Of a DNA stretch of 64,000 bases, positions 40,589 to 50,462 are shown piece by piece. The notes under the pieces were generated by a model. It saw nothing but the letters and a program-made list of their open reading frames with translations. It was not told the DNA's origin and ran no database searches. Source of the DNA: a virus; the IMG/VR virus record IMGVR_UViG_3300005841_000936, positions 1 to 64,000 of that record. One strand, written 5' to 3'. The position numbers were made by a program, and so were the translations under genes. How positions within the stretch are numbered: position 1 is the first letter of the stretch; each line of letters starts with the position of its first letter.

Positions 40589-42303
40589 TAGCCGAGCCTC
40601 GAGAGGCGGCTGCTGTCACCCATTAAACTAGAGCCCGTCTGACCGAAGGTAGTTGTAACGATCAAGCTTGAGGTTGCGACGAGGCCTGACTGGGTATGAA
40701 ACATGTGATCGCATACTCGCCTGGCTAAGAGCGACAGAGCCATCGCGTGGAAGAAGTGATCGTTGCCGCTGGTCTTTTTCCATTCGGCCTCGACGTCTGG
40801 GCGCTCATCACGCACCATGTCGCTCAAATGGGTGATCACTGTCTCCTTCAGACCACTATAACCACTGATCACCACCTTCCGCCGGCTGATCATCGAGTGC
40901 AGTCGATCGAGGATGAGTGTGTTGTTCGCCGAATAGTGCGTCAGCAGGCCCAACTCATCCTTGTGCGGAAGCAAAGCGTTGGCACCGCGGTACTGGATCG
41001 GCATAATCAGATACTGAGTGGCGTCACGAAGCGCATCGACCGTCGGCGTGAAGGGAAAGCGATCCGATGCGCCCTGCACGATGTTATAGATCTTGCGCAG
41101 TTCGTTGATCCGGGTCTCGAGCTGCGAGACAGGAAAGTTCTCGAACAGCACGAAGACCGGCTGGCCTTCGGCATCATCCCGGCTAAGCGTCAACCAGCAG
41201 GTAAAACCAATATCCACGCCCAGGAAGACTGGCGTGTCCTTGGCAACGTTGGGGATTTCTCCGCCCCGCATGCAGGCTTCGATGTCACCGCGCTGCACCT
41301 GCGCCGATGTCGCCGTGTAGGCCTCTCCGAGCACAGTGTTGTGGAAACCGCGTGGGAAACTCTGCTCGAGATATTTAGCAAGCTGCGTAAAGATGTATGA
41401 CGGGCTCAGTCGGCCGGTGCTAAACGGGCGTACCTGATAACCGCGAAAGTTCTGCCGGCCAGGGTATGTGGCTACCCACTCGCGCGTCTCAGCATCCTGC
41501 AGGTGCAGTCGCTTCTGACACCGCTCGCACCGAACATAGCTGTCGTGGATCGGCATCAACGCGATCTGCTCGGCCGTCAGATCCGAGAAGTCCGAGAGCT
41601 CCGTATCAAAACCGTCAAGATAGATGAACTTGGGGGTGAAGCGCGGAATCTGCCAATGGTTGCAGCTCACACACCGAGCCAGGTATTCGCGCTGATCGGT
41701 GAGCGCGTAGCTCTTGTCGATGCCGAGCCCAACAAACGTCGGCGTGGAAAATTTCTGCGTCACCCGCATGTCGGAATTCTGCAAACGGGATTGGTAGAGA
41801 CCAATCATATCCACGGGGCTAAGATCGAGCTCATCATGAAACAGAAAATCGGCCGGTGTGGAGGTTGCGTCACCCTCGGTACAGCCCGTGATGTAGAGGA
41901 AACTGTCTCTGATCTGGACCGTATCGCGCCGGCGCACCGGTGATATCTCCGTGTCCGGATTAAAGATTTCGTCGGCCTCCAGGATTGGCTTAATCCGGGT
42001 GTTATAAACTCGAGTGAACATCTTCTCGTTGGGGAGCGTGAAGATGCCGGAGATATTGTTGCCACGAGCCGTGATCGCGAGCGCCTTGCGGATCTGAACC
42101 TCGGTCAGGCCCACCTGAGAGCATTTCTTGACCGACATGTCCGGGTGCATGTCGTCAGCGATGGCCTTCTGAAAATGATAATCGAGGAAATTAAAAGGGC
42201 GCTTCTTGATCGTGGTGTTGGCCATGATCCAACTGCCCATCGGCTGGGCACTGGATCCGGTCCCGAACCGTACCTTCACCGTATTGTAGAGTTCGTCGAA
42301 CAT
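40588..42303 (-). CDS. Terminase large subunit, lambda GpA type
   Basis: KCSQVGLTE Walker A variant, HDELD, FSTPT, CxxC...CxxC, NTVLGEAY, GVDIG, DHFFHA. Confidence 0.9.
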   Translation of the reverse strand: MFDELYNTVKVRFGTGSSAQPMGSWIMANTTIKKRPFNFLDYHFQKAIADDMHPDMSVKKCSQVGLTEVQIRKALAITARGNNISGIFTLPNEKMFTRVYNTRIKPILEADEIFNPDTEISPVRRRDTVQIRDSFLYITGCTEGDATSTPADFLFHDELDLSPVDMIGLYQSRLQNSDMRVTQKFSTPTFVGLGIDKSYALTDQREYLARCVSCNHWQIPRFTPKFIYLDGFDTELSDFSDLTAEQIALMPIHDSYVRCERCQKRLHLQDAETREWVATYPGRQNFRGYQVRPFSTGRLSPSYIFTQLAKYLEQSFPRGFHNTVLGEAYTATSAQVQRGDIEACMRGGEIPNVAKDTPVFLGVDIGFTCWLTLSRDDAEGQPVFVLFENFPVSQLETRINELRKIYNIVQGASDRFPFTPTVDALRDATQYLIMPIQYRGANALLPHKDELGLLTHYSANNTLILDRLHSMISRRKVVISGYSGLKETVITHLSDMVRDERPDVEAEWKKTSGNDHFFHAMALSLLARRVCDHMFHTQSGLVATSSLIVTTTFGQTGSSLMGDSSRLSRLG

Positions 42304-42428
42304 CGACGATTGTCTGGGCAGCAAGTGAATCTCGAAACAAGGAAAGAATAGCGGTGGTGGCCTCCAAGTTACCTGGTAAGATTCTGTTTTTGAGTGGTTC
42401 CGGATTTTTTCCGGACTCATAGGAGGGC

Positions 42429-42962
42429 ATGCAAAATTACCCGACGCTCAGAATTGCCCAGCTTCAGAGCCTAATCTCGCTGAAGCAGTCGATCGAAGCC
42501 GACCCGCTTATGCTTCGAAAGACCGACTGTCCCTACGACAACGACTTGATCGATGTGCTCGAGGAGCTGTTCAAGACGAAGGTCATAAAGGAACGGGTCG
42601 AGGTCCCTGTCGAGGTGATTCACACCCCGCGTGCCCCGGCGGGTCGGAAGAAAAAGGCGGGTGAACTCACCGATAGCGATGCCGAGGAGGTCGAGACCCA
42701 GGCGCTGGAGCTGTTGGTGGAGCTGAAGAAGCTCGGAAAGAGCGCAGGCTCGGAAGAAAGCACCCTGGAGACCAGCGAAAAGCTGAACATTATCAAGGTG
42801 CAGACCACCCTGATGGAAAAGCTCATTAACATTCGCGAGCGCTTCTCCAACGTCAAGAAGATGTCCCAGTTTCAGGAAACGGTGATCAAGATCCTCGACG
42901 ATCTGATCGGTGAGGATGGCCGGGCCGAGTTCCTGCGCCGGCTGGAGCCGTACCGGACATGA
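42429..42962 (+). CDS. Hypothetical protein (possible terminase small subunit)
   Basis: AGGAGG RBS; helical; divergent from terL. Confidence 0.55.
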   Translation: MQNYPTLRIAQLQSLISLKQSIEADPLMLRKTDCPYDNDLIDVLEELFKTKVIKERVEVPVEVIHTPRAPAGRKKKAGELTDSDAEEVETQALELLVELKKLGKSAGSEESTLETSEKLNIIKVQTTLMEKLINIRERFSNVKKMSQFQETVIKILDDLIGEDGRAEFLRRLEPYRT

Positions 42963-43192
42963 ATGTGCCATTACTCAACCGGGAGGAAATGCTCGTTTAT
43001 CAAGCGGCGCTGCTGGCGATCAGCACGGTTGTGGCGCGTGTCCAAGACTCGATCCATGCCCTGCTGGCCCGAGGATATACGATCGATGACCTGGCGCTCT
43101 CCCAAGGCATCAATCAGGGCGTCGATGAGATGAAGCACGAGATGGCGCTGAGCCTGATCCCGCATTTGGTCAATCTTGGAAGGCCCAATTAA
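42959..43192 (+). CDS. Hypothetical protein
   Basis: ATGA-coupled; abuts the primase gene. Confidence 0.55.
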   Translation: MNVPLLNREEMLVYQAALLAISTVVARVQDSIHALLARGYTIDDLALSQGINQGVDEMKHEMALSLIPHLVNLGRPN

Positions 43193-45625
43193 ATGAACAT
43201 ATTCCGCGACAACGCACCGCTGTATTGGGCAGCGGGCATTCCAGCCATGCCACTCAAGCAGAGGCAGAAGGCCCCGATCCTCGCCGAGTGGACGACATAT
43301 GGCACAACCATGCCATCTGCTGCGATCCGAGACCATTGGCTCGAGACCTATCCCCGATCGAACATCGGTCTACCGTTCGGACCCGCATCGGGTTTGTGCG
43401 CGATCGACATCGATACGGTTGATCCAGAAATTGTCGCGGCGATCGAGGATTGCCTGCCGGCTTCGCCTTGGAAACGCATCGGCGCCAAGGGCTGCGCGCT
43501 GATTTTCAAGTGGCAGGGCCAGCGGAACTTCAAAATCAGGGACGACAGTGGCATGCTGTGCGAGTTCCTTGGCCTCGGTAACCAGCTCGTACTGCCGCCA
43601 TCGATCCATCCAGACACTGGTCAACCGTACGTCTCGGACACAAACCTCTGGGAGGTAATGGACAAGATCCAGCCGCTCGGGGTCGATATTGAGGACCGGT
43701 TACGGGCGGCACTGGGGGTGAAGGGCTATTCGCTCGCCCACGACGGCCGCTCGAAGCCGCTCGATGTGGTGCCAGCCGGCGAGCGGGACATACAGCTGGT
43801 GCGCCACGCCGGGTACCTTGCCCGGGTCGTGCTCGGCATCGATAAGAACACCAAGTTCTCGCTCGGCGAAGCACTCGCCCAGATGCACACATGGGTTGTC
43901 GACTTCACCGCGTCGGCCGCGGGTGATGACATGGACCCGCAAAAGGGCCTGGCCAAACTGCTCGAGTTCCTGCTGCGTGATATTGAAGGCGGTCGGACGC
44001 TGCCCGAAGGCTGGGATGCTGGCCTGACCGAAGAGCACTTTGCTCACCCGACGATCGCCGCGATCCGTGACAAGAACCAGGCCGAGCGGTGGACCTTCGC
44101 TCGGGCCAAGGACTGGATCTCGGGACAAATCGCGCAGAAGCCAGACGATGATAATTGGGCGCTCGACCGGATCGCCGAGATTATTGAGAAAGTCGCGGCC
44201 GACGAAAACTTCCTCGATCACCATTTTGACGCACTGGTCCCTGCCCTACAGCGCGCGTCGGGCAGTATCAAACTGTCCAAGCCTGCGCTCGCCAAGATGT
44301 TCAAAGGCGCGCGGCAGGGTGAGATTGAAATGGCCGCAGATCACGACGCAATCGCCCGACAGGTCGTGGAGGAGATGGACCGCGGCGGCGAGCTGCGCCA
44401 CGCGATGGGTTCCTTCTGGCAGTGGAACGGCTCTTGCTACGGTGAGATCGACGATAAGGTCGTTTACGACCACATCTCGACCCGCGTGAAGGGCAACGTA
44501 CTGTCGAAGCGCCATTCCGATTATCAGGCACTGGTCAAGGTTGTCGCTAACATGGTCCAGAAGCCGCTCGATGAATGTGGCGAGATCGGGATCAACTTCG
44601 CCAACGGGTTTCTGGATGCAGACCTTGTGCTTCACGAGCACGCGCCCAAGTACGGCAAGACCTTCACGATGCCCTTCAACTACGTTCCGGCCCGCAGGCA
44701 CGAGGCGCATAAGTGGCTCGCCTATCTCGAGACCAGCTGGGGGGACGATCCGGATTACGACGACAAGGTCAAGGCGCTGCAGGAGGCGTTCGCCGCGACC
44801 ATGTTCGGAGTAGCCCCCTCGTTTCAGAGGGTAATCTTGCTCCACGGGAAATCCGGATCAGGCAAGACCCAGGCGCTCGAGGTCCTTCAGGCAATGATGC
44901 CTCCAACCGCCGTATGTTCAATGCCGCCTGACCTTTGGAGTCAACGTTTTGCGATGACGGGCATGGTCGGAAAGACGCTCAACGTGTGCGGCGAGCTTCC
45001 GGAAGATTCCATGATCTCGGGCGAAGTCTTCAAGAAGGTGGTGGAAGGTGCCCAGATTCCCACCGAGCATAAGGGCCAGGACGGGTTTGAGTTCAAGCCC
45101 TTCGCGGCCCACTGGTTTGCGTCCAATCACTTGCCGCGATCACGCGACACTTCGATCGGGTTTATCCGGCGCTGGCTCATTCTCGATTACAATCGCGTGG
45201 TTCCTCCCGAGGAGCGTCAGATCAATTTTCATCGGGTCCTGATCGACGAAGAACGCGAGGCAATAGCGGCATGGGCTGTCGAAGGGTTCAAGCGCTTGCG
45301 CGAGCAGAAGGATTATACTCTACCCGCGTCGCACAAGCTTCGATCCAACCAGATCCGTCGATCGAACAACTCTGTGGCCGCATTTCTGCAGACTTCCGAG
45401 CGAGTTCGCCCCGCCGAGGGCGGTCAAGCGGACGCGCGTGAGGTATTCGACCAGTATCTGTTCTATCAGAAGGACGTTTCACGCGGTAATGGCGTATCGT
45501 ATGAGAGGTTTCTGCAGATGATGCCCGATCTCGATTATCCTGTGGAAGAATACATGGACGAAATTGGTGTCAACAGGTCCAAAATAATGGGCCTACATCT
45601 AAGATTAGCCCCCTTAAATAAGTAG
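43193..45625 (+). CDS. Prim-Pol primase fused to a D5/P4-type SF3 helicase
   Basis: NIGL..G...AIDID, LPPSIHP.TG..Y; GKSGSGKT Walker A; FASNHLP. Confidence 0.9.
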   Translation: MNIFRDNAPLYWAAGIPAMPLKQRQKAPILAEWTTYGTTMPSAAIRDHWLETYPRSNIGLPFGPASGLCAIDIDTVDPEIVAAIEDCLPASPWKRIGAKGCALIFKWQGQRNFKIRDDSGMLCEFLGLGNQLVLPPSIHPDTGQPYVSDTNLWEVMDKIQPLGVDIEDRLRAALGVKGYSLAHDGRSKPLDVVPAGERDIQLVRHAGYLARVVLGIDKNTKFSLGEALAQMHTWVVDFTASAAGDDMDPQKGLAKLLEFLLRDIEGGRTLPEGWDAGLTEEHFAHPTIAAIRDKNQAERWTFARAKDWISGQIAQKPDDDNWALDRIAEIIEKVAADENFLDHHFDALVPALQRASGSIKLSKPALAKMFKGARQGEIEMAADHDAIARQVVEEMDRGGELRHAMGSFWQWNGSCYGEIDDKVVYDHISTRVKGNVLSKRHSDYQALVKVVANMVQKPLDECGEIGINFANGFLDADLVLHEHAPKYGKTFTMPFNYVPARRHEAHKWLAYLETSWGDDPDYDDKVKALQEAFAATMFGVAPSFQRVILLHGKSGSGKTQALEVLQAMMPPTAVCSMPPDLWSQRFAMTGMVGKTLNVCGELPEDSMISGEVFKKVVEGAQIPTEHKGQDGFEFKPFAAHWFASNHLPRSRDTSIGFIRRWLILDYNRVVPPEERQINFHRVLIDEEREAIAAWAVEGFKRLREQKDYTLPASHKLRSNQIRRSNNSVAAFLQTSERVRPAEGGQADAREVFDQYLFYQKDVSRGNGVSYERFLQMMPDLDYPVEEYMDEIGVNRSKIMGLHLRLAPLNK

Positions 45626-45629
45626 ATTT

Positions 45630-45654
45630 AGGCCCGTTTACGGGCCTTTTTCTT
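45630..45654 (+). terminator. Intrinsic terminator
   Basis: AGGCCCGT-TT-ACGGGCCT followed by TTTTCTT. Confidence 0.8.
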
Positions 45655-45770
45655 GTGTGAATTAGCCAAAAATCGAAATTTTCCCCGGAGTTTGGGGGCA
45701 TGATCGCCCATAAAAGGGCAAAAAACCGTGTAAAAACAACGTGCTACCCTTCCAACGTCAGACAGTGACC

Positions 45771-45953
45771 CCTCCTACCAGTGGTGTAGACCAGTGTTGT
45801 GGAGGGAAGCAGAGCACGAGTGCCGCTTCTCCCGCGCTTACCGCAGCTGACACCTCCCCTTCGGGGGAGGGAACCTTGTGCCCCAGCAATGGAGCCAGGG
45901 AGCGGGAACCCGCGTCTATCGGGCCATAGACAACAGATTGGGACTAGTCCCAA
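45771..45953 (+). ncRNA. Candidate structured leader or ncRNA (about six hairpins)
   Basis: Includes CCTCCCC-TTCG-GGGGAGG, GCGGG-AA-CCCGC, GTCTAT-N6-ATAGAC and TTGGGAC-TA-GTCCCAA. Confidence 0.4.
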
Positions 45954-45972
45954 AGTTTGAGGAACATAAGAC

Positions 45973-46620
45973 ATGACATTCGATAAAGAAACATATGCGG
46001 GAAAGGTCAGCAAATTCATTGCTGATTGCCGCTCTTTGGTTCGTTCGGGCGAAGGCTTCAGCCGTGACACTCTCGCCGCTCTCCTGAACAATGACATGAC
46101 CATTGGTACGGTTGACGCCATGCTGGTGGCCAAATTCAAACCGCGCCTTCCAAGCGGCAAGGTCGGCACGTCCCGCTCAAGCCTTCGCAATGCCGACGGC
46201 GGTGAAGCTGCAAAGAAAGCGGTTGATCGTATCGAAAAGGCATTCGATGCGTGCAACAGCGATGTTGAGGCGATCGCCACTGCATTCCGTCCATTGGCTG
46301 TTGCCTTTGCTACCAATGCCGAGGGTTCGGTTAAGAGCATGTCCGCCTTGCTGGCACAGCTGAAAACAATCGAAACCAACCATGCGGAAAGCCTTGTTCC
46401 GGCTGAGGATACGGATGGGGAAGGCACTGAGGAACAGGATGCGCCTGTCATTGAACAGGAGGCACCTCTTGCCACCATGGCCAATAGACTGCGCTTGGCC
46501 ATAAGCGAGGCCGATAGTGCCACCATAGCAGAGGCGCACGATGCGCTTGTCGCTCTGCAACAGGCACTCAGCGGCACCGTCGCCTATGTCGCGGCGGAAC
46601 AGGAAGCAATCGCCGCCTGA
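45973..46620 (+). CDS. Hypothetical early protein
   Basis: GAGG RBS; 215 aa, Ala-rich. Confidence 0.7.
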   Translation: MTFDKETYAGKVSKFIADCRSLVRSGEGFSRDTLAALLNNDMTIGTVDAMLVAKFKPRLPSGKVGTSRSSLRNADGGEAAKKAVDRIEKAFDACNSDVEAIATAFRPLAVAFATNAEGSVKSMSALLAQLKTIETNHAESLVPAEDTDGEGTEEQDAPVIEQEAPLATMANRLRLAISEADSATIAEAHDALVALQQALSGTVAYVAAEQEAIAA

Positions 46621-46628
46621 ACCCTGCC

Positions 46629-46660
46629 CCGGCGGATTGGGACCAGTCCCAATCCGCCGG
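46629..46660. repeat. 32-bp inverted repeat containing TTGGGAC-CA-GTCCCAA
   Basis: CCGGCGGATTGGGAC-CA-GTCCCAATCCGCCGG followed by TTCCTTT (possible terminator). Confidence 0.8.
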
Positions 46661-46694
46661 TTCCTTTCCCTTACCGCCGCAAAGGTTCGTCGCC

Positions 46695-47123
46695 ATGGCC
46701 CGTCGCAAGTCCCGCTCGATCCACGCCCGGATTGATACCAACGCAGCGCAGTTCGAGCGCGCAGGAAATCCTTGGATTTCGCCGCGTGATCAGCTCGAAA
46801 TGCAATGCGAGCCCGCATCTCCCGCGCCCAAGCGCAAGCCAAAAATTGGGACTGGTCCCAAACCCGGAATTTACCGAGAGAGCGAGGCGGTCAAACTTCG
46901 CCGACAGCAGCTGCAGAATTTGCACGGTGTCCTGGCCCTCATGGGTGGCACGCGCACGGTGCAGGCCAAAGAGCCGGCCAGATATAAACCCATCCAGTTT
47001 GTCGAGGCTATGTCGCGCGAGGAAGCCGATCCGTGGAGTGATGAAAACATCAAATCCACCCGTGATCGCCTTGCGATGGACTTCGCCAAGGCCCGCGCTG
47101 AAGCGAATCACGTCCGAAAATAG
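46695..47123 (+). CDS. Hypothetical basic protein
   Basis: AAAGG RBS; early strand. Confidence 0.55.
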   Translation: MARRKSRSIHARIDTNAAQFERAGNPWISPRDQLEMQCEPASPAPKRKPKIGTGPKPGIYRESEAVKLRRQQLQNLHGVLALMGGTRTVQAKEPARYKPIQFVEAMSREEADPWSDENIKSTRDRLAMDFAKARAEANHVRK

Positions 47124-47223
47124 CTGAATAATCACAATGACTTGGCCTCGCTGCGATCAGCAGCGGGGTCTCTAGTCATGCATGTGACCAGGTAACTTCT
47201 CGATCCTGAAAGGACAGCCCACC

Positions 47224-47412
47224 ATGAATTGGTTAGAGCTCATGAATGCCGCCCAGGAAGATATTGCGGCAAAGTTTCCAGTAACGCGAAGATACTTCGC
47301 ACAAGGTTTCAAGGTTTCGCCGCGTTTCCACGCCGACAACATTGTCGGGTTGGAGACACTTAACCAAATCATTCGCCTAGACTTGCTTACCGGCGATTTC
47401 GTTTGTCAATAG
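47224..47412 (+). CDS. Hypothetical protein
   Basis: AAGGA RBS. Confidence 0.55.
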   Translation: MNWLELMNAAQEDIAAKFPVTRRYFAQGFKVSPRFHADNIVGLETLNQIIRLDLLTGDFVCQ

Positions 47413-47425
47413 AAGGACTTTTGAA

Positions 47426-47686
47426 ATGACTGAGTTCATTGGACATAACCAATTGCTTGCTGCGGCTGTGCATCAGGCCCACACTGCGCTTCGTTACGGT
47501 CGCAACCGTGACGAGCATGCCCAGGTCGCGGCCCAGAACCGCATGTGCGACACGATCGAGCGTGCGCAGTATCCGAACCTGCTCTTGCGCCACCTCGTGC
47601 AGCAGGTCGGCCGCGGCAAGGCGATGGTGCTCGGCGTCGAGCGGCCGATCATCAATCTGGCTCTGAGCGAGATCTCTCAGTCATGA
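47426..47686 (+). CDS. Hypothetical protein
   Basis: AAGGA RBS. Confidence 0.55.
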   Translation: MTEFIGHNQLLAAAVHQAHTALRYGRNRDEHAQVAAQNRMCDTIERAQYPNLLLRHLVQQVGRGKAMVLGVERPIINLALSEISQS

Positions 47687-47795
47687 GCCGCTACGAGCGC
47701 AGACGCAACGATGGTCCCATCCGCGGCATGGCCTTCGGCATTCCGTTTGGCATTGTCATCTGGTTAATCACCATCTGGATGGTGGCCCGGCCCTG

Positions 47796-48293
47796 ATGTT
47801 GTACGATTGCGGCATCACGAGCCCTGAGCCGGATCAGGACCCGAAATTCCACCGGCTGCATAGGCTGCGGCCGGCGGAGATCGGATCCCAGCTCAAGCAC
47901 GAGCTGTGCATCCTTGTTCAGACGCCCGGCATTCCGATTGAATGGTTGTATTTCGTGTTTGCGTGGTCCGACCGCACCCGGCGGTTTGTCCGCGACTGGT
48001 CGGACACCGCGGATCATTCGGCCGAGGCTAAAGCAAACGCCGCAAGTATTACGAATGATGATGCGTGGCGGATGATCAGGGTCATGCACAAGCCTGAAAC
48101 CTTCGCCGGAGCCGTGCCATTTGCGGTTTCATTGGCCCTTCAGGCTGATCCGAGGATCGATCGGGAGCTGGCCGAGGACATCGGAATTCCGGTGCAAAAG
48201 GCCCTTGGATGGCGATTTCGCAAGGTTTTTCATCCACTTACGGGTGAGAGGCTGATGCCGAGGAAGGGCCAGGCTCGGCTGTTTTCGGGGTGA
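47796..48293 (+). CDS. Hypothetical protein
   Basis: Coupled start (TGATG). Confidence 0.5.
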   Translation: MLYDCGITSPEPDQDPKFHRLHRLRPAEIGSQLKHELCILVQTPGIPIEWLYFVFAWSDRTRRFVRDWSDTADHSAEAKANAASITNDDAWRMIRVMHKPETFAGAVPFAVSLALQADPRIDRELAEDIGIPVQKALGWRFRKVFHPLTGERLMPRKGQARLFSG

Positions 48294-48294
48294 G

Positions 48295-48640
48295 TTCTTA
48301 TATAGCCAATTTTTTCGAGTTACCTGGTCACTTGATATCAGTTTCATTTTGCCACTGGTGTATTTTGCCGAGAATTGGGAATTTCTCCCAACTATTAGTG
48401 GTTCAAAATAAGTAATATTCCTCTTTATAATTCATCCGTCTTTAGAAGAAGAAGAAGAAAAATTATATATAGGGGTAATTACACTGTTCATTACTAGAAG
48501 TTACCAAGTAACTTCATTTTCTGAAGCATGAAAGGAGTTGGCCCAAAATAGAGGGCTGACACCAAGTTACCTGGTAACTCCAAAAAATTCAGTAAGAAAC
48601 AAATCGTCCCAAAATTAAGGACGATCCCGAGCCTACGAAC
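48295..48640. other. AT-rich non-coding region, candidate replication origin or control region
   Basis: Visibly the most AT-rich stretch; three AGTTAC-N3-GTMACT boxes at 48318, 48499 and 48565. Confidence 0.5.
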
Positions 48641-48656
48641 CTGATTGGAAATTTAC

Positions 48657-49073
48657 ATGAGCAGCCTAATCCGCCGCATCACGATCCGCGCCATGGAGAA
48701 AGCCAGCGTCCCGAAAATCATCGTGGGCAAAGACTCCGAAGGAGATCCAATCTTTGCGTGGCCACTGACGCTCGCAAAGATCAATCAGCCCATCCGATCA
48801 AAGCGGAAACCCGTCAAGCGTGATCACCGTATCCTGGCCAACAGGATTAAGCCGCGCGTGGACGTGACCGCTTCGGTCAAACCGAAGCGTGATCCACGCC
48901 CAAAGCCTGTCGCAGGCCCGGTCGGAGACCCTCGCCCAAAATATCACGGCCAGTACGTCGGGATGACTGGCACCCATGTGTCTCACAATCACGCCCGTGA
49001 AATCCTTCGCAGAACCACCGCACCAGGATCCGAGGCACGTCGGGGAAATATTACCCCCTCAGCCCTCGCCTAA
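48657..49073 (+). CDS. Hypothetical basic protein
   Basis: ORF immediately after the AT-rich region. Confidence 0.5.
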   Translation: MSSLIRRITIRAMEKASVPKIIVGKDSEGDPIFAWPLTLAKINQPIRSKRKPVKRDHRILANRIKPRVDVTASVKPKRDPRPKPVAGPVGDPRPKYHGQYVGMTGTHVSHNHAREILRRTTAPGSEARRGNITPSALA

Positions 49074-49132
49074 GCCCCGCTCAGCAGAAAAACGACCCCT
49101 GCCCGCTACCTACCTACCCGAGAGGCTTAAAA

Positions 49133-49462
49133 ATGACAATTCACCTCGACCTCCGCACCGACCTCGCCAAGGTCCGCGCCAACATCAACCTCAAGGATAT
49201 GGGCCGGTGCCTGTACGCCTCACCCTGCGCGATCGGTGCCATGATCGACCACCCTGCCGATCGTGAGCGTCTTGATCATGTTAAGGATCAACACGGCGCC
49301 GCTCAGGTCAACATTGTCACGCTGATCAGTCAGGGCGAAATCTCCGCCCCGACTGATCAGCACGCAGAGCTGAAGATGCTCCAAGAGTATTTCGACTCAA
49401 GCGGTGAAGCAGAAGAGTTTGAGCAATATCTCACCGAGCTCGAGCAGAAGTACGCGAAATGA
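49133..49462 (+). CDS. Hypothetical protein, paralog of 51069..51398
   Basis: Shared DLAKVR.N, GRC.Y..PCAIGAM and LTELE.KY motifs. Confidence 0.7.
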   Translation: MTIHLDLRTDLAKVRANINLKDMGRCLYASPCAIGAMIDHPADRERLDHVKDQHGAAQVNIVTLISQGEISAPTDQHAELKMLQEYFDSSGEAEEFEQYLTELEQKYAK

Positions 49463-49668
49463 CGCTCGCCCACTTCTACCTCGTCGCCTCCACGATCCTG
49501 ATCACATGGGTCTCGATGATCTGGTCCAGTAGGACCACGCTCAACACCGTGTGCAAGCTGATCACAGCCGGCATCGCCTTCTGCGGCGCCGTTCTCGTGG
49601 CCAAGGAGTTTTTCCTATGAACGTCTTCGACCAGGCCGGAGTCATCGCCAAACTCAGGGAACTAGCCG

Positions 49669-50241
49669 ATGCCTATCAACAGTGAGCCCTTGGCATACCT
49701 GACCAAGTATTCTGGACGAATTGATCATCTTAGCTTTTTAAAACCAGTGCCCAGCGCGTCTGAGAGGGAAATCATCCCACTCTACGCCCGGGCCAACCCC
49801 CACTGCGGCTTCAGCTGCAACGGCGTGTACGTCGAAGGTGATAAATCCTCGATCGATACCGTGAAACGCTGGATGCACGACGCCACCGCCCGGCTTCCCT
49901 ATTTCGAGAAGCTGCTGAACGACAAGCTGACCGATGACGAGATCCTGACCCGAGCGCGTGAGGCCGCAGCTTTGGTCTATCCAGCCGCAGCCCCAAGCAT
50001 CCGCAACGGCGAGTGGGACACAGGCAACATGATGATTATCGCAATCAACGCCTTGACCCACATCAATCAGCCCCTGCCCGACCCCGACCTGATCGAGGCC
50101 CGTGCGCTGGTTGCCGGCCGATATCCGGAAGGATCCATCAGCGCTGGCAGGACTGTCCGTGGCGATGACGATGACAGCCAAGCCGTCCAGAACGCCTTGA
50201 AGGCTATCCGACGAGGCCGTGAATTGGAGCGATCCAAGTGA
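49669..50241 (+). CDS. Hypothetical protein
   Basis: Part of the early gene run. Confidence 0.55.
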   Translation: MPINSEPLAYLTKYSGRIDHLSFLKPVPSASEREIIPLYARANPHCGFSCNGVYVEGDKSSIDTVKRWMHDATARLPYFEKLLNDKLTDDEILTRAREAAALVYPAAAPSIRNGEWDTGNMMIIAINALTHINQPLPDPDLIEARALVAGRYPEGSISAGRTVRGDDDDSQAVQNALKAIRRGRELERSK

Positions 50242-50462
50242 AAGTATTCGTCATCATGGGAAATGATTTCCCAGCAGCTGTAGTGGCCAACCAGGCCGCG
50301 GCCGATGCCCTGATCGCTAAACGCGAGAAAGAGGAACGCGAGGAACTGATCCGCCACCACGGCGAGAAACTGGGCAAGCTCTACGGACCGCGCATTCACT
50401 GGCGCTCGTACGAATTCGAGCTCCAGTCCGCCACTACCCCTGCCCCGACGGAATGGCGATGA
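50238..50462 (+). CDS. Hypothetical protein
   Basis: GTGA overlap; GGAG RBS. Confidence 0.55.
   Translation: MKVFVIMGNDFPAAVVANQAAADALIAKREKEEREELIRHHGEKLGKLYGPRIHWRSYEFELQSATTPAPTEWR

Noticed and set aside
47425-47439. ATGACTGAGTTCAT as another operator copy
   Set aside because: Poor right half-site and it coincides with a start codon; not counted
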